Origin: Iphione sp. A-MEVVRFRX5
Taxonomy: Eukaryota
Assembly (NCBI GenBank): GCA_976226885.1
Contig: OZ320319.1
Coordinates: 78,368,001 to 78,432,000, forward strand
Direction: 5' to 3'
DNA: 64,000 nucleotides
This document shows positions 50,901 to 62,214 of this stretch, in pieces (the first letter of the stretch is position 1; every line of letters begins with the position of its first letter). The position numbers and the translations under genes are program-made. The notes below the pieces were generated by a model, which was given only the letters and a program-made list of their open reading frames with translations, was not told where the DNA came from and ran no database searches.

Positions 50901-53486
50901 GTAGAATATTAGTTTATGAGAAGTTTGCCCGTTTTTTGTGTGTTTTTAAAGCAGTATCAAAAAAGTACCGCCATACAGCAGACAATTACGCCACGGCAAA
51001 GAAAGAGTAAAACGTTGAGCCAGAGGCGCAGCTATTAGCCATGTTTAGTGCGCCCTTCGGGACCGCCTGGAAAGCCTTTTGAAGAAGTATTTTATCGGCG
51101 CTGTCCAAGTCAACACTCCGGCAACTGCCCCATATAATGCCCATCAAAAGTCCCAAGGAGATCCCTGCAGGTACGACGGATGACTCGCAAGACCCCATCC
51201 CTTCTTCACGTCACTGGTCACGTGACCCGCGATCCCGGCGCTGCGGTCACTTCCTCAACACCCCAAGGGAGCTTGTCTCGGGGGGCGGGGGTGGGGGGCT
51301 TTTGCGTGTCCGGCTGCGCTTAACGCGCACGTGTGCGTTCACGCGCGCGGTCGTTTGCGTGACGCGTGGTTTCTGTCAACGATTCGTGAGGGTGTATCCA
51401 GTGTTGTGGCATCTCAGCACGTGTAGTGAACATTGTTATTATTACTAGTTTCATTATTATCGTTATTATGAGAGCAGGTGCCCCCCCCCGCCCCCTCCTC
51501 CTCGGTCTATAGTAACCTGTGCCTCGGCGAGCATTATAAAACAGATAACGTGGGGCTGTGATCGCTCCCCCCCCCCAACCAGCACGCCATCAGAGGTCAA
51601 GTCACCTGTACAGGAGGCCTCGGGGTCCACGATGAACCATAGCCCACTATACGGCACTCGAGTATCCAAATCACACGACTTCGTTGTGTGATGAAGGCTA
51701 ATTAGCTGAGAACCAAAAAGTAAATGCTTAAAACATCATTTCCGTCCACTGCCCCCCCCCCCCACCCAAAAAAAGAGGAAGCGAACAATACTGAAATTAT
51801 ACCACTGCCTTTAAAAAAATTATCTAATAAACACATCTGCTTTGAAGTTTCCATCGAACCCCGTCCAATATAACAAAGAACTGCTAAAAGGAAAATGCAA
51901 TGACTAAACTAATTACTGCAAGCCTACGGCATGAGGCTTCCACGTAGTACGGTCGAAGGTGAATGGGATGTTGGTCCCAACCCCACACATACACCTCCCC
52001 CCCCCCACAGTAGCTGACCTTAGCGTTTAGGCCCGCCAACTAAAATTCATGACTGAAATTGGACAATTTTAAAATTTTCAATTACATACATACTGCTCTA
52101 GGCAATTTGTGCTACAGAATCAAGTCCCGTCCCCCGCTTATTCAAGGAGAGAATGTATCTCACATAAACACATGTACTTGGTGTATCCACAATCCTTTTC
52201 TCGAATCTGACTGCCTATCTATATGTTTGTATTCATTTGTTAGCTGAAGGGTGACGCCAACGCAGGCGACTCAACCCTCGACCTTCGCAACCACCTGGAT
52301 ACGTTCAGGAAAGACTTCTTTGAAGTCACCCGCAAGTGTACGTGACTTTGTACTAAACTTTGTGATATGCGTCGAACCATTCATCTGCTGCACTTGCCGA
52401 TGATGCTAGTCACCCAACCCTGACGTTTGCTCCGCCCTGAACTGTCCAGATGTAGTATATGCGATATGGACTACTTCCACAGAAACACCACCTGTCAACA
52501 CCACACCTGCTATACAGAACCCCAACTGTCACCTCTATTCTTTCTAGAGCTGACTGTAAACATGGATTCTGTTCATTGTTTCTACAAGTGAATTAGCACA
52601 TACGTTCATCTATCCGTCTACCTCCGCCAAACGCCTACATACATGTATACATTTATGGTAGATCCGGTCCAGTTCCCCCAACAGAAATCAGCGAAAACCA
52701 CCGCCAAGTGGTTCACAAGGAGCAACTCTTTGACTACCGACTAGGGTTTTTTTGACAGAACGAAAAGTGTACATGGTGGTTACATTTATAGCCTTGCGCC
52801 TTGGTTTCATTCTAGCATATTTTTTCCAACACTACATCAATATTTTACATAACTAGGGCAATATGCGGATTTAGCTTAGCCTAATCTTTAATATTGAACT
52901 GTACCCAGCCAATGATAATAGGTTGTCTTCTTTCAGATAATGCTTTCCAAAATCACATTCTGCAGAGTTTACAGGGTTAAAATTCAAACTGACTCGAGGC
53001 TGGAAGGGGGGGGGGCGTTCTCGGGATCGTGGAAAGTCGCCGGAACACGAAGCAGCTCTTCCCGACGTGAGATGCTCGTTAAGTATCACAGACAACGTAT
53101 CAGTCACGACTACAAACAGCCACTACCAAAAGGTCCCGAGCCGGGTTGAATTATCTTGACGTTCGCGATCTGCGCTCAAGAAACAAGTCCCAATTGTCAA
53201 GAGTCAAAATACTGTAGCTTTATACGCGCGCGCGCGTGCGCATGTGCGTGTGTGCGCGTGCGCATATGAGGGCATGTATGTCAGAGATCTTATCATAGGC
53301 TTTAGTATGGGACTCGTAGACGCATTTGCAGTATCTCACTATATCTGGAATACGACTCACACATGTACTACCACCAGAGGACAGACTCTGAGGACTTGGT
53401 TTCTTATTGTTAACCATACCGTCGTCCATATCCAATACGCGGTCCGCTACTGCGTGGTTCTCAAGACACCAGTGACCCCAACTCAC

Positions 53487-53920
53487 TTGCACTGATAATA
53501 AGAAATCAAGTACAGAAATGTTCCGCCCTTCCCCGCTCCCGTGTGGGTCCACCCACCCACCGACCCACAACACACTATAGAAGGAAGGGGGCGGAGGCCT
53601 TGGCGGTGCATCTTTTAAAGCGGTTTTTGAGGAACAAGAGCCTCCAAACACGGATATCCTGCCGACGGGCCGACGACATGCATGCAATGGAAGAAAACGA
53701 CACGGTACCAAGATCGATGCGGCCGGCGTAATGGTGATTGGTGCTACTTCAAGTACGAAGGCCGCCGCCGCACACCACCGCCCCCCCCCCCCCCAATCCC
53801 CTCCCGCCGCCGCCGGCCGCCGGCCATCACAGCAAAACATTATTTACCGGCGGCGGCGGCAGCGGAGGCGGCGTACAGCACACGCCCTACACTACCACTA
53901 CTCATTGGCACGAGCCAATC
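53487..53920 (-). promoter_or_regulatory. CpG-island-like promoter and candidate non-coding first exon
   Basis: Inverted ATTGG 53904-08 / CCAAT 53915-19 pair, GCC-rich leader ~53760-53870, donor CAA|GTGAGT at 53487/53486. Confidence 0.35.
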
Positions 53921-55160
53921 GAAGAGAAAACCAACCTCGTTCAACTACTAGGCGTCAGGATGGAGTGGGTTAAGTCTACAAGGGGGCATATTACAGACTT
54001 CCCGGTGGTATAACTGATGGGGGAGAGTAGGGGTGTGAAAAGTGGGGGACGGATGGGGGGGGGGAACGGGTGGGGGGAGGAATAATTTAAAAAAAAAAAA
54101 AAAACGGTCGCCACTAGCAAGCGGTATGAACCGGTGAAATTGTAAGTTTAGAGGACTTGAGTGCCTTCTGCTAATAACAGTTGATCTGTCTGAGCAGTCA
54201 TTATCCTTCAGTCACTGCTGACAGGACAAAGTGTCCACAGCGTTTTCATGGCCATTTCTTTTTTCTTGGGAGGGGGAGCGGGAGGGGGCAGGCGGGAGGA
54301 AAAGGGGGGCGGGGGGGGGGGGGATTGAACATATATTTAGCATTTTCCACCATGAATGTCCTCTGCAGGAGGCTAAATAACCAGCAGCAACCGACCCATC
54401 ACAAGAGTTTCCTCTTACTTCCACCGAGGCCAACTTCTGCTAAACATCTGGTACATGCATATGTCGACTGCTTGCTCCTCACGTCTCCATGGTTGTTCGC
54501 CTAACAAGTGATTAAAAGTCTATTTTAAGACTATCGGAGGACAGGGACGTGGCACCTTACTTTCAAACTCCAACGTTGTTTTTGTTTGTGTTTTTTTCCC
54601 CCCTGGATTATTCATAACGTCCTCGTGGCGCAACCATCAGCCTCTCCGTTTGGCGCCACAAGTTCCCGTTCTGCTCGCATGTCGTGCGCCATCGACGGAC
54701 CCCGTGGCTGCGCCTTTTATCGCTCATCAGGCGCCAGCGAGGTCCAGGCCGGCCAGGGCCACCACAGTAGGGGCCGTGCGGTCCGTGGGAAGACAACAGA
54801 CCCCTGGTGGAACAGAAGAAGAGGACAGAAATGTAACGAAGCGCACAACAACTGATTGCCTTGAAATGGAATGTGCTCCATTACGTTTAACGGCCTTCTG
54901 GTAGTAGCCACGACTGCTCCAAGGCTTCTGTCTCTCTTTCGGCAGAACAAGGTCACAGCGTGAGAGGCATTGTCTGGGACGAGACTGCCTGCCACCTCCC
55001 ACTAATTCAACCGTATGTGGTTCAGGAATACTCTCACATGTTGTGATATTCAATACCACATATATGTGTGCATTAACGTAAAATTGGCTGAGTGGAGAAC
55101 TGTTCCAGTTTTTGTCATTTATTGGAGGCCTTCATTTATAACTACATGTATTAAATTCAT

Positions 55161-55199
<39 letters not shown>

Positions 55200-55337
55200 C
55201 TTTCTGCTATCCACCCTTACTTCTCTTCCTCTCTAGTCCTATATGCCTCTCCTCTTCTCAACCCTTTCTCTCCCTCCTCTTCCAACTCTCATTCCTCTGC
55301 CTCCATGTCCATCTCTCTCTCTCTGCCTCCTCCTTTA

Positions 55338-55641
55338 GGCGGTGTTCAGATGTATCCGTAATTTACTATGGCTACGGATCCGTAGATGTAGAAAAATACC
55401 TGTTCTATAGATAATCAAGGGAGATGTTCACATGCCGCTGTATCTATGGCTACGGATCTGTATCTGTAGAGAGTAGATCCGTCACTGACGGATTTTTTTT
55501 ATGGACACCCGTTTCCATAGAAATCAATGGTGAAGATACATCTGTTGTACATATGGAAGCATTTAAAAAACTCAGCAAAAGATATTCCACGGCTACGGAT
55601 CTGTAGACGTGTTTTCTGTACGGATATATGTGAACTCGGCC
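55338..55641. mobile_element. PIF/Harbinger-type (Tourist-like) MITE, 304 bp
   Basis: TIRs GGCGGTGTTCAGATGTATCCGTA versus reverse complement GGCCGAGTTCACATATATCCGTA (inner 17 nt 15/17 identical). TTA target duplication at 55335-37 and 55642-44. Internal GGCTACGGATC repeats. Confidence 0.8.
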
Positions 55642-56308
55642 TTACTCTTTCTCTGTGTCCTTTCCTCCCTATTCTTCTTTCCCTTATTCTCTTTGCATCT
55701 GTCTCTTTCTTTCCTTCTGCATCTCTCTTCTTCCTTTACTTCTTCTCTCCTTCCTTCCTTCTGTCTAAACATGCAACACAGAAAGTGGCGATCGGGCTGG
55801 CATTCAACCAAACATCTAGTCAGTCAATGACTACTTTTAACACACGGAGTCCGGCAGTCAGCTAGTCTCTTATTCACTCACCCCATGGGTCAGCCAAGAG
55901 GTCATCAACTGATCAAGAGACACCCTAAGTCACTCAGTTAATTTCGAGGGGTTTATGTGTTCACTTAAACCACAATGTGCATATTTATGTACTCGAGTGA
56001 AGAGGTGACATCAATTTTCATGGATAAGGATACGTGTTTGCTTACAAATCATAAGCCATCTTTACGTAGACAACATGACATGTTCCCCCTCCTTATCTAC
56101 GTGGTGGGGGGGGGGGTGTGCTGCCTGTCATATGCATCATGATGAAAATACTCCCATTAGCCTCTATACGGTGTCCCAGATTCCAGCCCCGAGGAAGTCC
56201 AACATCCTCCTGTCCTCGTATCTAGGTGCGTCCTTGATACTTCCAGGAACACTGGGAGTGGTCCTTTGAATGCATGTGCATGTGCTGTTTGTTGACAAAT
56301 CTTAACAC

Positions 56309-56448
56309 TCTCTGTCTGTCTGTTTGTCTGCCTGTCTGTCTGTCTGTCTCTCGCTCTCGCTCTCTCTGTCACTCTGTCTGTCTGCATATGTTTGTCTCTC
56401 GGTCTGCGTCTATTTGTCTGTCTGTGTCTATTTGTCTGTCTGTCTCTC
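56309..56448. repeat. (TCTG)n degenerate microsatellite
   Basis: Direct reading. Confidence 0.85.
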
Positions 56449-57929
56449 TGTAAGTTTCCCTTCTTCTCCCATCACGAAAAACTGAATGAATGTTGCGTAA
56501 TGTCAAATAAATGTTCACATGTGAATATCGACTGAGACAAGGAGGGTATACACATCCACATGTACATGAACATATAAATGTACACAACCTGGAGGCACTT
56601 TCAGAGGGTCATAATTAGACACGTCTCCCGTCTCCTGAAGAGATATACACGTATGTGTATGTGTATGTGTATGACCTGCGGGCACTCGATCCGTAATCAT
56701 GCGACCTTATTTCTCCTGGTTCTATTCGTTGATTATCCCCTCTACCTATTCTAATACACGCACGCCCTGCAGTAATGGAAGAGATGCCACATGAAGAAAA
56801 AAAACCCACAGCCTACCCAGTTTGTCGCGAAGAACCGTTGACTCAAATTTTTTAAGTAGAAGTATCTAAAAAAAAAACAAAAAAACCCCCTCTCGACTTC
56901 CATAAAGGAGGCTACACTGCCGTTCCCACCACCAAACTGCACTAAGAAAACATGATGACAATATTCGCAAGTGGCCTCGACAAGTGGCGGTATATAGGCC
57001 CAACCATGGCAATATGAACGGCTAAATTCAAACACACCCTGCTCGTCCACACACAACCCGTCTTCTTTTTTCTTCCACTGGGTCAGCTGACCCGTTGCAT
57101 TAGGCAGTTTTTCCCCCCCTCGTATTACATGTATTTCGCGGATATACATTACGGCTTTTATCCTGGCCTCCACACCCGATAGCCTTTTATGACCGCTGGC
57201 ATCAGGCCAGACTCCTCTCCTGTCATTATATTGTGAATAACGCCCAGGCAATCACCACGCCATAACTATCTCCCCTCCTCCTGCAACCGGTCACTGCCAC
57301 TCAATCTAGACGAGACATGCTTCGCTATCGATCGACGGCATCAAGAACGTACAAGGACCGCCTAAAAAAAACCCTGCCCCGCCCAGTCTTTATAGCTGTT
57401 GCGATCGTATTGACCGGATCATATCGGCCCCCGCCCTACATTCTTTCAGCTGTTGTTTTCTTCCACAGTGAGAACACTGTGTATACACGCGTGCATGTGT
57501 ACATGTCCCTGAAAGGCAGGGATGTTGAGAAAATATGGAGTGCAACGTACATGAAACTTGCTATTACTGATCTTATACCACTTTAAATGCAACCGAATTT
57601 ATAAGCTGGAACATCTGCTGAAGTTTCTCAAGCAGTTCGCGAATTCCTTCGACGGGATTGCACAATAGATCTCGACTGTAATCAACATTTGAATCAACTT
57701 CCATTGAAAATGAAGAGACCTACGATCGCCTAAGATATGTGCATGTACCTACACAGGTGTTTCCTTCGCTATGAGATGATATGCAAATCACAACTGCTTT
57801 AAACAGCTGGCGTGATTTTCTATGGTTCAGGTGTTACTATCAGAAGATTCTTTTATTGCCATATTTTGAAACCATTCTTGTGGATCTTCTGTCAAAACCA
57901 TTATCTACACGCATACATGCATGCATACA

Positions 57930-57964
57930 CACTCACACACACACATACACACATAACGCCCACA

Positions 57965-58000
<36 letters not shown>
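57930..58000. repeat. (CA)n microsatellite
   Basis: Direct reading. Confidence 0.9.
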
Positions 58001-58004
<4 letters not shown>

Positions 58005-58332
58005 GACATCCATAAGAGCCTTTCTCAAGTATCCAATAAAGCAGTGCAGAACCACGACCTACACTAACGAAAACCAGCCGCCCGACTGTAAAAGTAAAAT
58101 GTAACGATTCTAAAGGGGTTCGGTTGAAATTAAAGAGCATCTGACCAATAAAATAAGCTGTCGTGTGATCAAGGAAGGCCCAAGACATGTGGGAAGTGAA
58201 AGAATCCTAGCCGACGCCATTCGGATTAAAGGGGAAGGAGAGGGGGGGGGGGGCAGGGAGAATAAGACACTGGATACCTGCCTCAACCGAGCACAGAAAT
58301 ACACACCATCAAAACCTCAACATCAAAGTATG

Positions 58333-58412
58333 TTTTTTTTTTTTTTTTTTTTTATTTCTTTTAAGCAGAAAAAAACCGACATCAGCCGCATGGCTGGTCT
58401 ACAGCCGGGTCT
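58333..58412 (-). terminator. LINE 3' end: stem-loop, AATAAA and poly(A) tail
   Basis: Sense CAGCC-atgc-GGCTG stem (58396-58383) with possible GAC/GTC extension; AATAAA 58356-58351; A21. Confidence 0.7.
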
Positions 58413-58583
58413 GCGTATGCAGTAGTATGGCAATGGAACAGCAGCTATATATGCTTAATTAATTTCATAACGTGAGAGTACCAAACTATAAAACTATTAT
58501 GATATGTCCTCCAGGCCAATAGTACAAGGTTATTTCGGACTAAGATAGAGTATTTTGATAAGACCGTTTGTATTGTTGTTAGA

Positions 58584-61547
58584 CTAGTTGAGATCGATGT
58601 CTTTGTTTCTCCATTGTGATAGTATGTCTTGTTTGAAGCTTTTCATTACATGTTGTGAGTCATAATGTGTAGCATGTAGGTGTAATTTGTTCCATTGTTG
58701 AATTATTCTGCAGTATGTGGTTTTGGAAATGTGTGTTTTATGTGAGTGTGGTGGTTGCTGAAAGGTATCTGCGAATGTGTCCCTTAGATTGTAGACTGCT
58801 TGTTGTGGTTTATAGTGTACTTGTATGTAGTAAGGGTGTAGACGAAGGAATGACTTGTATCCCTGCATTACTAGGTGTAGGTTGATGCGTTCTTGTACTA
58901 ACATCATGTTAGCTATAGCATGTGCTTGTGTTGTGGGTGTTCTATTGTCTAGCTGAAGTGCTCTCTTGATGCCTCTGTTCTGTAACCTTTGTATTTGTTT
59001 GAGGTATGTAGTTGGCACTGTAGCCCATACTATGTCCAGGTAATCAATATGTGGTAAGGCCAAAAGTTTATATAGTGTCAATTTGGTGATGTTGTCGATG
59101 TATTTGTTTATTATTCCTAGTGCTGTGAGTGTAATGTTCAGTTTCTTTGTAATGTGTGCTAGGTGTTGTTTCATACTTAGGTTGTCATCTAGAATTAGGC
59201 CAAGGTATTTGTATGTGTGGGTCTGTGTTAGCAGTGTTCCGTTCAGTGTAATATGGGTGTTCTGTCTGGCTTTGTTTATGGTTCTATTAGTTCCAAAGAT
59301 CATGTATTGTGTTTTCTGTATGTTTAGTGCTAGTTTATGGTATGTAAGCCAATCATGTATCTTGTCCAGCACTGCTAGCGATTTGTTTCTTGCATTGTCT
59401 ATTGTTTTGTCAGAGCACAGTATTATTGTATCATCTGCGTAGATGGCATATTCGTTCGGGTTTATAACTGTTGTAATGTTGTTTATGTATAGTGTGAATA
59501 ATATTGGTCCGAGCACAGAACCTTGTGGTACTCCAGTTTGTATGAGTCGTGATGATGATTTATGTCCATTTGCTAAGGTGTTCTGGTGCCTATTGGTGAG
59601 GTAGTTTTTCATTAGCTTATATGCAGAATTAGTAATACCGATTTCAGATAATTTTGTTAATAGCATGTGGTGGGGAACAGTATCAAACGCCTTTGAAATA
59701 TCCAAGAATAATGCTATGGTGTAATCCTTGTTGCTGTTATTCATTCTTATTGTGTCTGTGATATGTTGTGTCATTGTTAGAGTTGAAAAGCCCTTTCTGT
59801 ACCCTCCTTGTTTGTCATCCAGGTATTGGTGTCTATCTATATATTTCATGAGTCTGATGTGTATTATCTTTTCTAGTAATTTGTGCGTGAATGGGAGAAC
59901 TGATATTGGCCTGTAATTTGTTGGCAATTCTTTGCTTCCTCCCTTATGTAGTGGTGTTATTGTAGCTGTTTTCCAATCAGTAGGTATCTGTTGATCATCT
60001 AGTATCTTGTTAATAATGTGCGTTAGTGGTTCTGATAATACTGTATCAAGCAGTTTAATGCATTTCATAGGTATATTAGTGTATCCTGATGGTTTTGTTG
60101 GTGGGAACGATTTGAGAATCGTTAGTACTTCGTTAGTGTTTGTGTGTTCAAAACTGCTTAGTGAAGTGTTGACTATAGGATATTTGTAGTCTGATTTTGC
60201 CTGGGGCAACTTTTCTTGTATTTGAACTCCTATATTGGTAAAGTGAGTGTTAAGGCAGTCTGCAATTTGTGCTTTGTCTGTGATGGTTTTGTTGTGAATT
60301 ACTAGTCTATCAATATTCAAGTCATCTGCTTTCTTGCTAGGTAGAAGTGTACGTAGCTCCTTCCAGTATCTTGCAGGATCATGTTTGAGTTCTCTAAGTT
60401 TTGATGTAATGTAATTTCTCTTTGCATTTCTGATTTTGGTGTTGAGTTGATTTCGTGCTTGCTTAGCTTGTTTGAGTATTGCTTGCGAATGAGTGTTCTT
60501 GTATTGCTTGAAGAGTGTTTGCTTCCTTCTTCTTAATTCTGTAATGTCATGTGTTATCCATTTGGGCATATTGATAGGTACCTTCTTATATTTCAAAGGT
60601 GCGTGCTTGTTTATTGTTGACGTGATGATTTGTTCTAGGTGTTTCCATTGGGCAGTTGCGTCGCGTGTTGTATCAATTGTTGTTATGTTATCTCTAACAT
60701 CATTGATGAACTGGTCCTCACTGAGATTTCTAAAATCACGTGCTTTCACAAAGATGTATTTTGGTTTATTGTTTTGTGACTTTCGTTTGGTGTATGTCCA
60801 GAAATGGTCACTTATGGATGATGTGATTGTTCCTGAGAGTTGATATTTGTTAGGTTTGTTGACAAAAATGTGATCAATACATGTTTGCGTCTTGGGTGTA
60901 ATTCTTGTGGGTATTCTAATGAGGTTTGTCAGTCCAAAAGCAATTTCTATTGCATGTAGTTTTTTATATTGTGTACTTCTAGTCTTAAGGTAGTCAATGT
61001 TGAAGTCACCTAGGACTATTGTTTCAGTAGTATTGGTATCAAATTGTGAAAGTGTATTTTGTAAGTGCTGAATGAATGCGTCTATGTTACCGGAGGGCGG
61101 TCTATACAATAGTATAATCTTGATTGTGCCAATGTACTTGTGCTTGTATTGTAAAATACTAAGTTCTATGTTCTTATTTGATATGCTACTCTGTGGTTCC
61201 AACTGAATAGTGGCATTGTGTAGTAAATGAGTATTGTAATAAAATGCAATTCCTCCGTGTCGTCTGTCTGTGTGTTGTCTGTCCCATCTCAATAATTTGT
61301 AATTTGGTATAGAAAGTTGGTTACTGTTTATAGTATTGTTTAACCATGTTTCAGTTAAGCATACTATGTCAATATTGTTTTCTGCAAGCTCAGCTTGCAG
61401 AATGGCCACTTTGTGTTTCAAACTTCGGATGTTCAAGTGGACAATATTGAGTCCACGTTTGTTAATATCTGTGATATCAGTCAAGATTTTGTTGTATGGT
61501 GTACATGATTCTAGTTTGGTGGAAGTATATCTGGTGCCTATAGGCAC
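58584..61547 (-). CDS. LINE ORF2: APE endonuclease + reverse transcriptase (987 aa from a GTG)
   Basis: APE motifs LNIRSL, CLTETW, GGIAFY, YRPPSG, LGDFNID, PTR..TCIDH, SDH. RT motifs NYRPISVLP, QGGYRKG, FLDISKAFDTV, GVPQGSVLGPILFTLYIN, YADD, YKYLG. CR1/L2-type tail LPHIDYLDIVW, QRLQNR, YNLR. The start codon is GTG and the first ATG is codon 327. Confidence 0.96.
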   Translation of the reverse strand: MPIGTRYTSTKLESCTPYNKILTDITDINKRGLNIVHLNIRSLKHKVAILQAELAENNIDIVCLTETWLNNTINSNQLSIPNYKLLRWDRQHTDRRHGGIAFYYNTHLLHNATIQLEPQSSISNKNIELSILQYKHKYIGTIKIILLYRPPSGNIDAFIQHLQNTLSQFDTNTTETIVLGDFNIDYLKTRSTQYKKLHAIEIAFGLTNLIRIPTRITPKTQTCIDHIFVNKPNKYQLSGTITSSISDHFWTYTKRKSQNNKPKYIFVKARDFRNLSEDQFINDVRDNITTIDTTRDATAQWKHLEQIITSTINKHAPLKYKKVPINMPKWITHDITELRRRKQTLFKQYKNTHSQAILKQAKQARNQLNTKIRNAKRNYITSKLRELKHDPARYWKELRTLLPSKKADDLNIDRLVIHNKTITDKAQIADCLNTHFTNIGVQIQEKLPQAKSDYKYPIVNTSLSSFEHTNTNEVLTILKSFPPTKPSGYTNIPMKCIKLLDTVLSEPLTHIINKILDDQQIPTDWKTATITPLHKGGSKELPTNYRPISVLPFTHKLLEKIIHIRLMKYIDRHQYLDDKQGGYRKGFSTLTMTQHITDTIRMNNSNKDYTIALFLDISKAFDTVPHHMLLTKLSEIGITNSAYKLMKNYLTNRHQNTLANGHKSSSRLIQTGVPQGSVLGPILFTLYINNITTVINPNEYAIYADDTIILCSDKTIDNARNKSLAVLDKIHDWLTYHKLALNIQKTQYMIFGTNRTINKARQNTHITLNGTLLTQTHTYKYLGLILDDNLSMKQHLAHITKKLNITLTALGIINKYIDNITKLTLYKLLALPHIDYLDIVWATVPTTYLKQIQRLQNRGIKRALQLDNRTPTTQAHAIANMMLVQERINLHLVMQGYKSFLRLHPYYIQVHYKPQQAVYNLRDTFADTFQQPPHSHKTHISKTTYCRIIQQWNKLHLHATHYDSQHVMKSFKQDILSQWRNKDIDLN

Positions 61548-62214
61548 AGTCGAAAATAGGGATGACTGCGTGCGGCTTGAAAATTATTAAGGAGTGGTGG
61601 GGAATAATAGTTGATAAATGGAGTTGTAACATATGTTGCGGTAAGTACTGTATAGGTTTTATGTGTTTGTGTGTATGTATATGTGTGTGAATATAGGTTG
61701 TGTTGTTGATGGTCTTACCTACGTACTCGTACAAGATTCAGTTTCAGGTTACGATGACTGGGCGGTCGTCCAGTGATCGTTGAAAATTATGTCACGACTT
61801 CCGGTCTATTTACGTCATAAAGTGATGATTATGACGTGTTTCCGGTCATCTGTTGGTGCTATATGGTTACCTCGATCAGTTGCTATGTTGATTTACTTGT
61901 TAAATAATAAAAGATTAATATTGATTGAAGTGAGAGATAAAATTGTCCTGTAAGGTCTATACCTGATCATGACTGAATAAAATTGCACAGTACTAGGTAT
62001 TTTATACATCCAATGTTAAGTACTGTGAATATGAATTACGTTAAAGTTGTTCGAGTCCCGAGTTGAGTTCAGTGTTAAGTTTGGTGATGTACTTCATTAT
62101 GGTTAAATGAAATTAAATAAAGCGCACAGTGTTAAGTGTTTTAGACATCCAGTGTTAGATACTGTGCTATGTGATTTACGAGTTCAGTGTTGAGTTCAGT
62201 GTTAAAGTTCAGTG

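Noticed and set aside
56751-57251. 166-aa minus-strand ORF
   Set aside because: No recognisable domain, crosses homopolymer runs, no convincing splice sites; compatible with chance.
61540-61800. Virus-like 2A (DxExNPGP) motif at the ORF2 N-terminus, known from some CR1/L2-group LINEs
   Set aside because: No NPGP in the minus-strand frames I read upstream of the APE domain.
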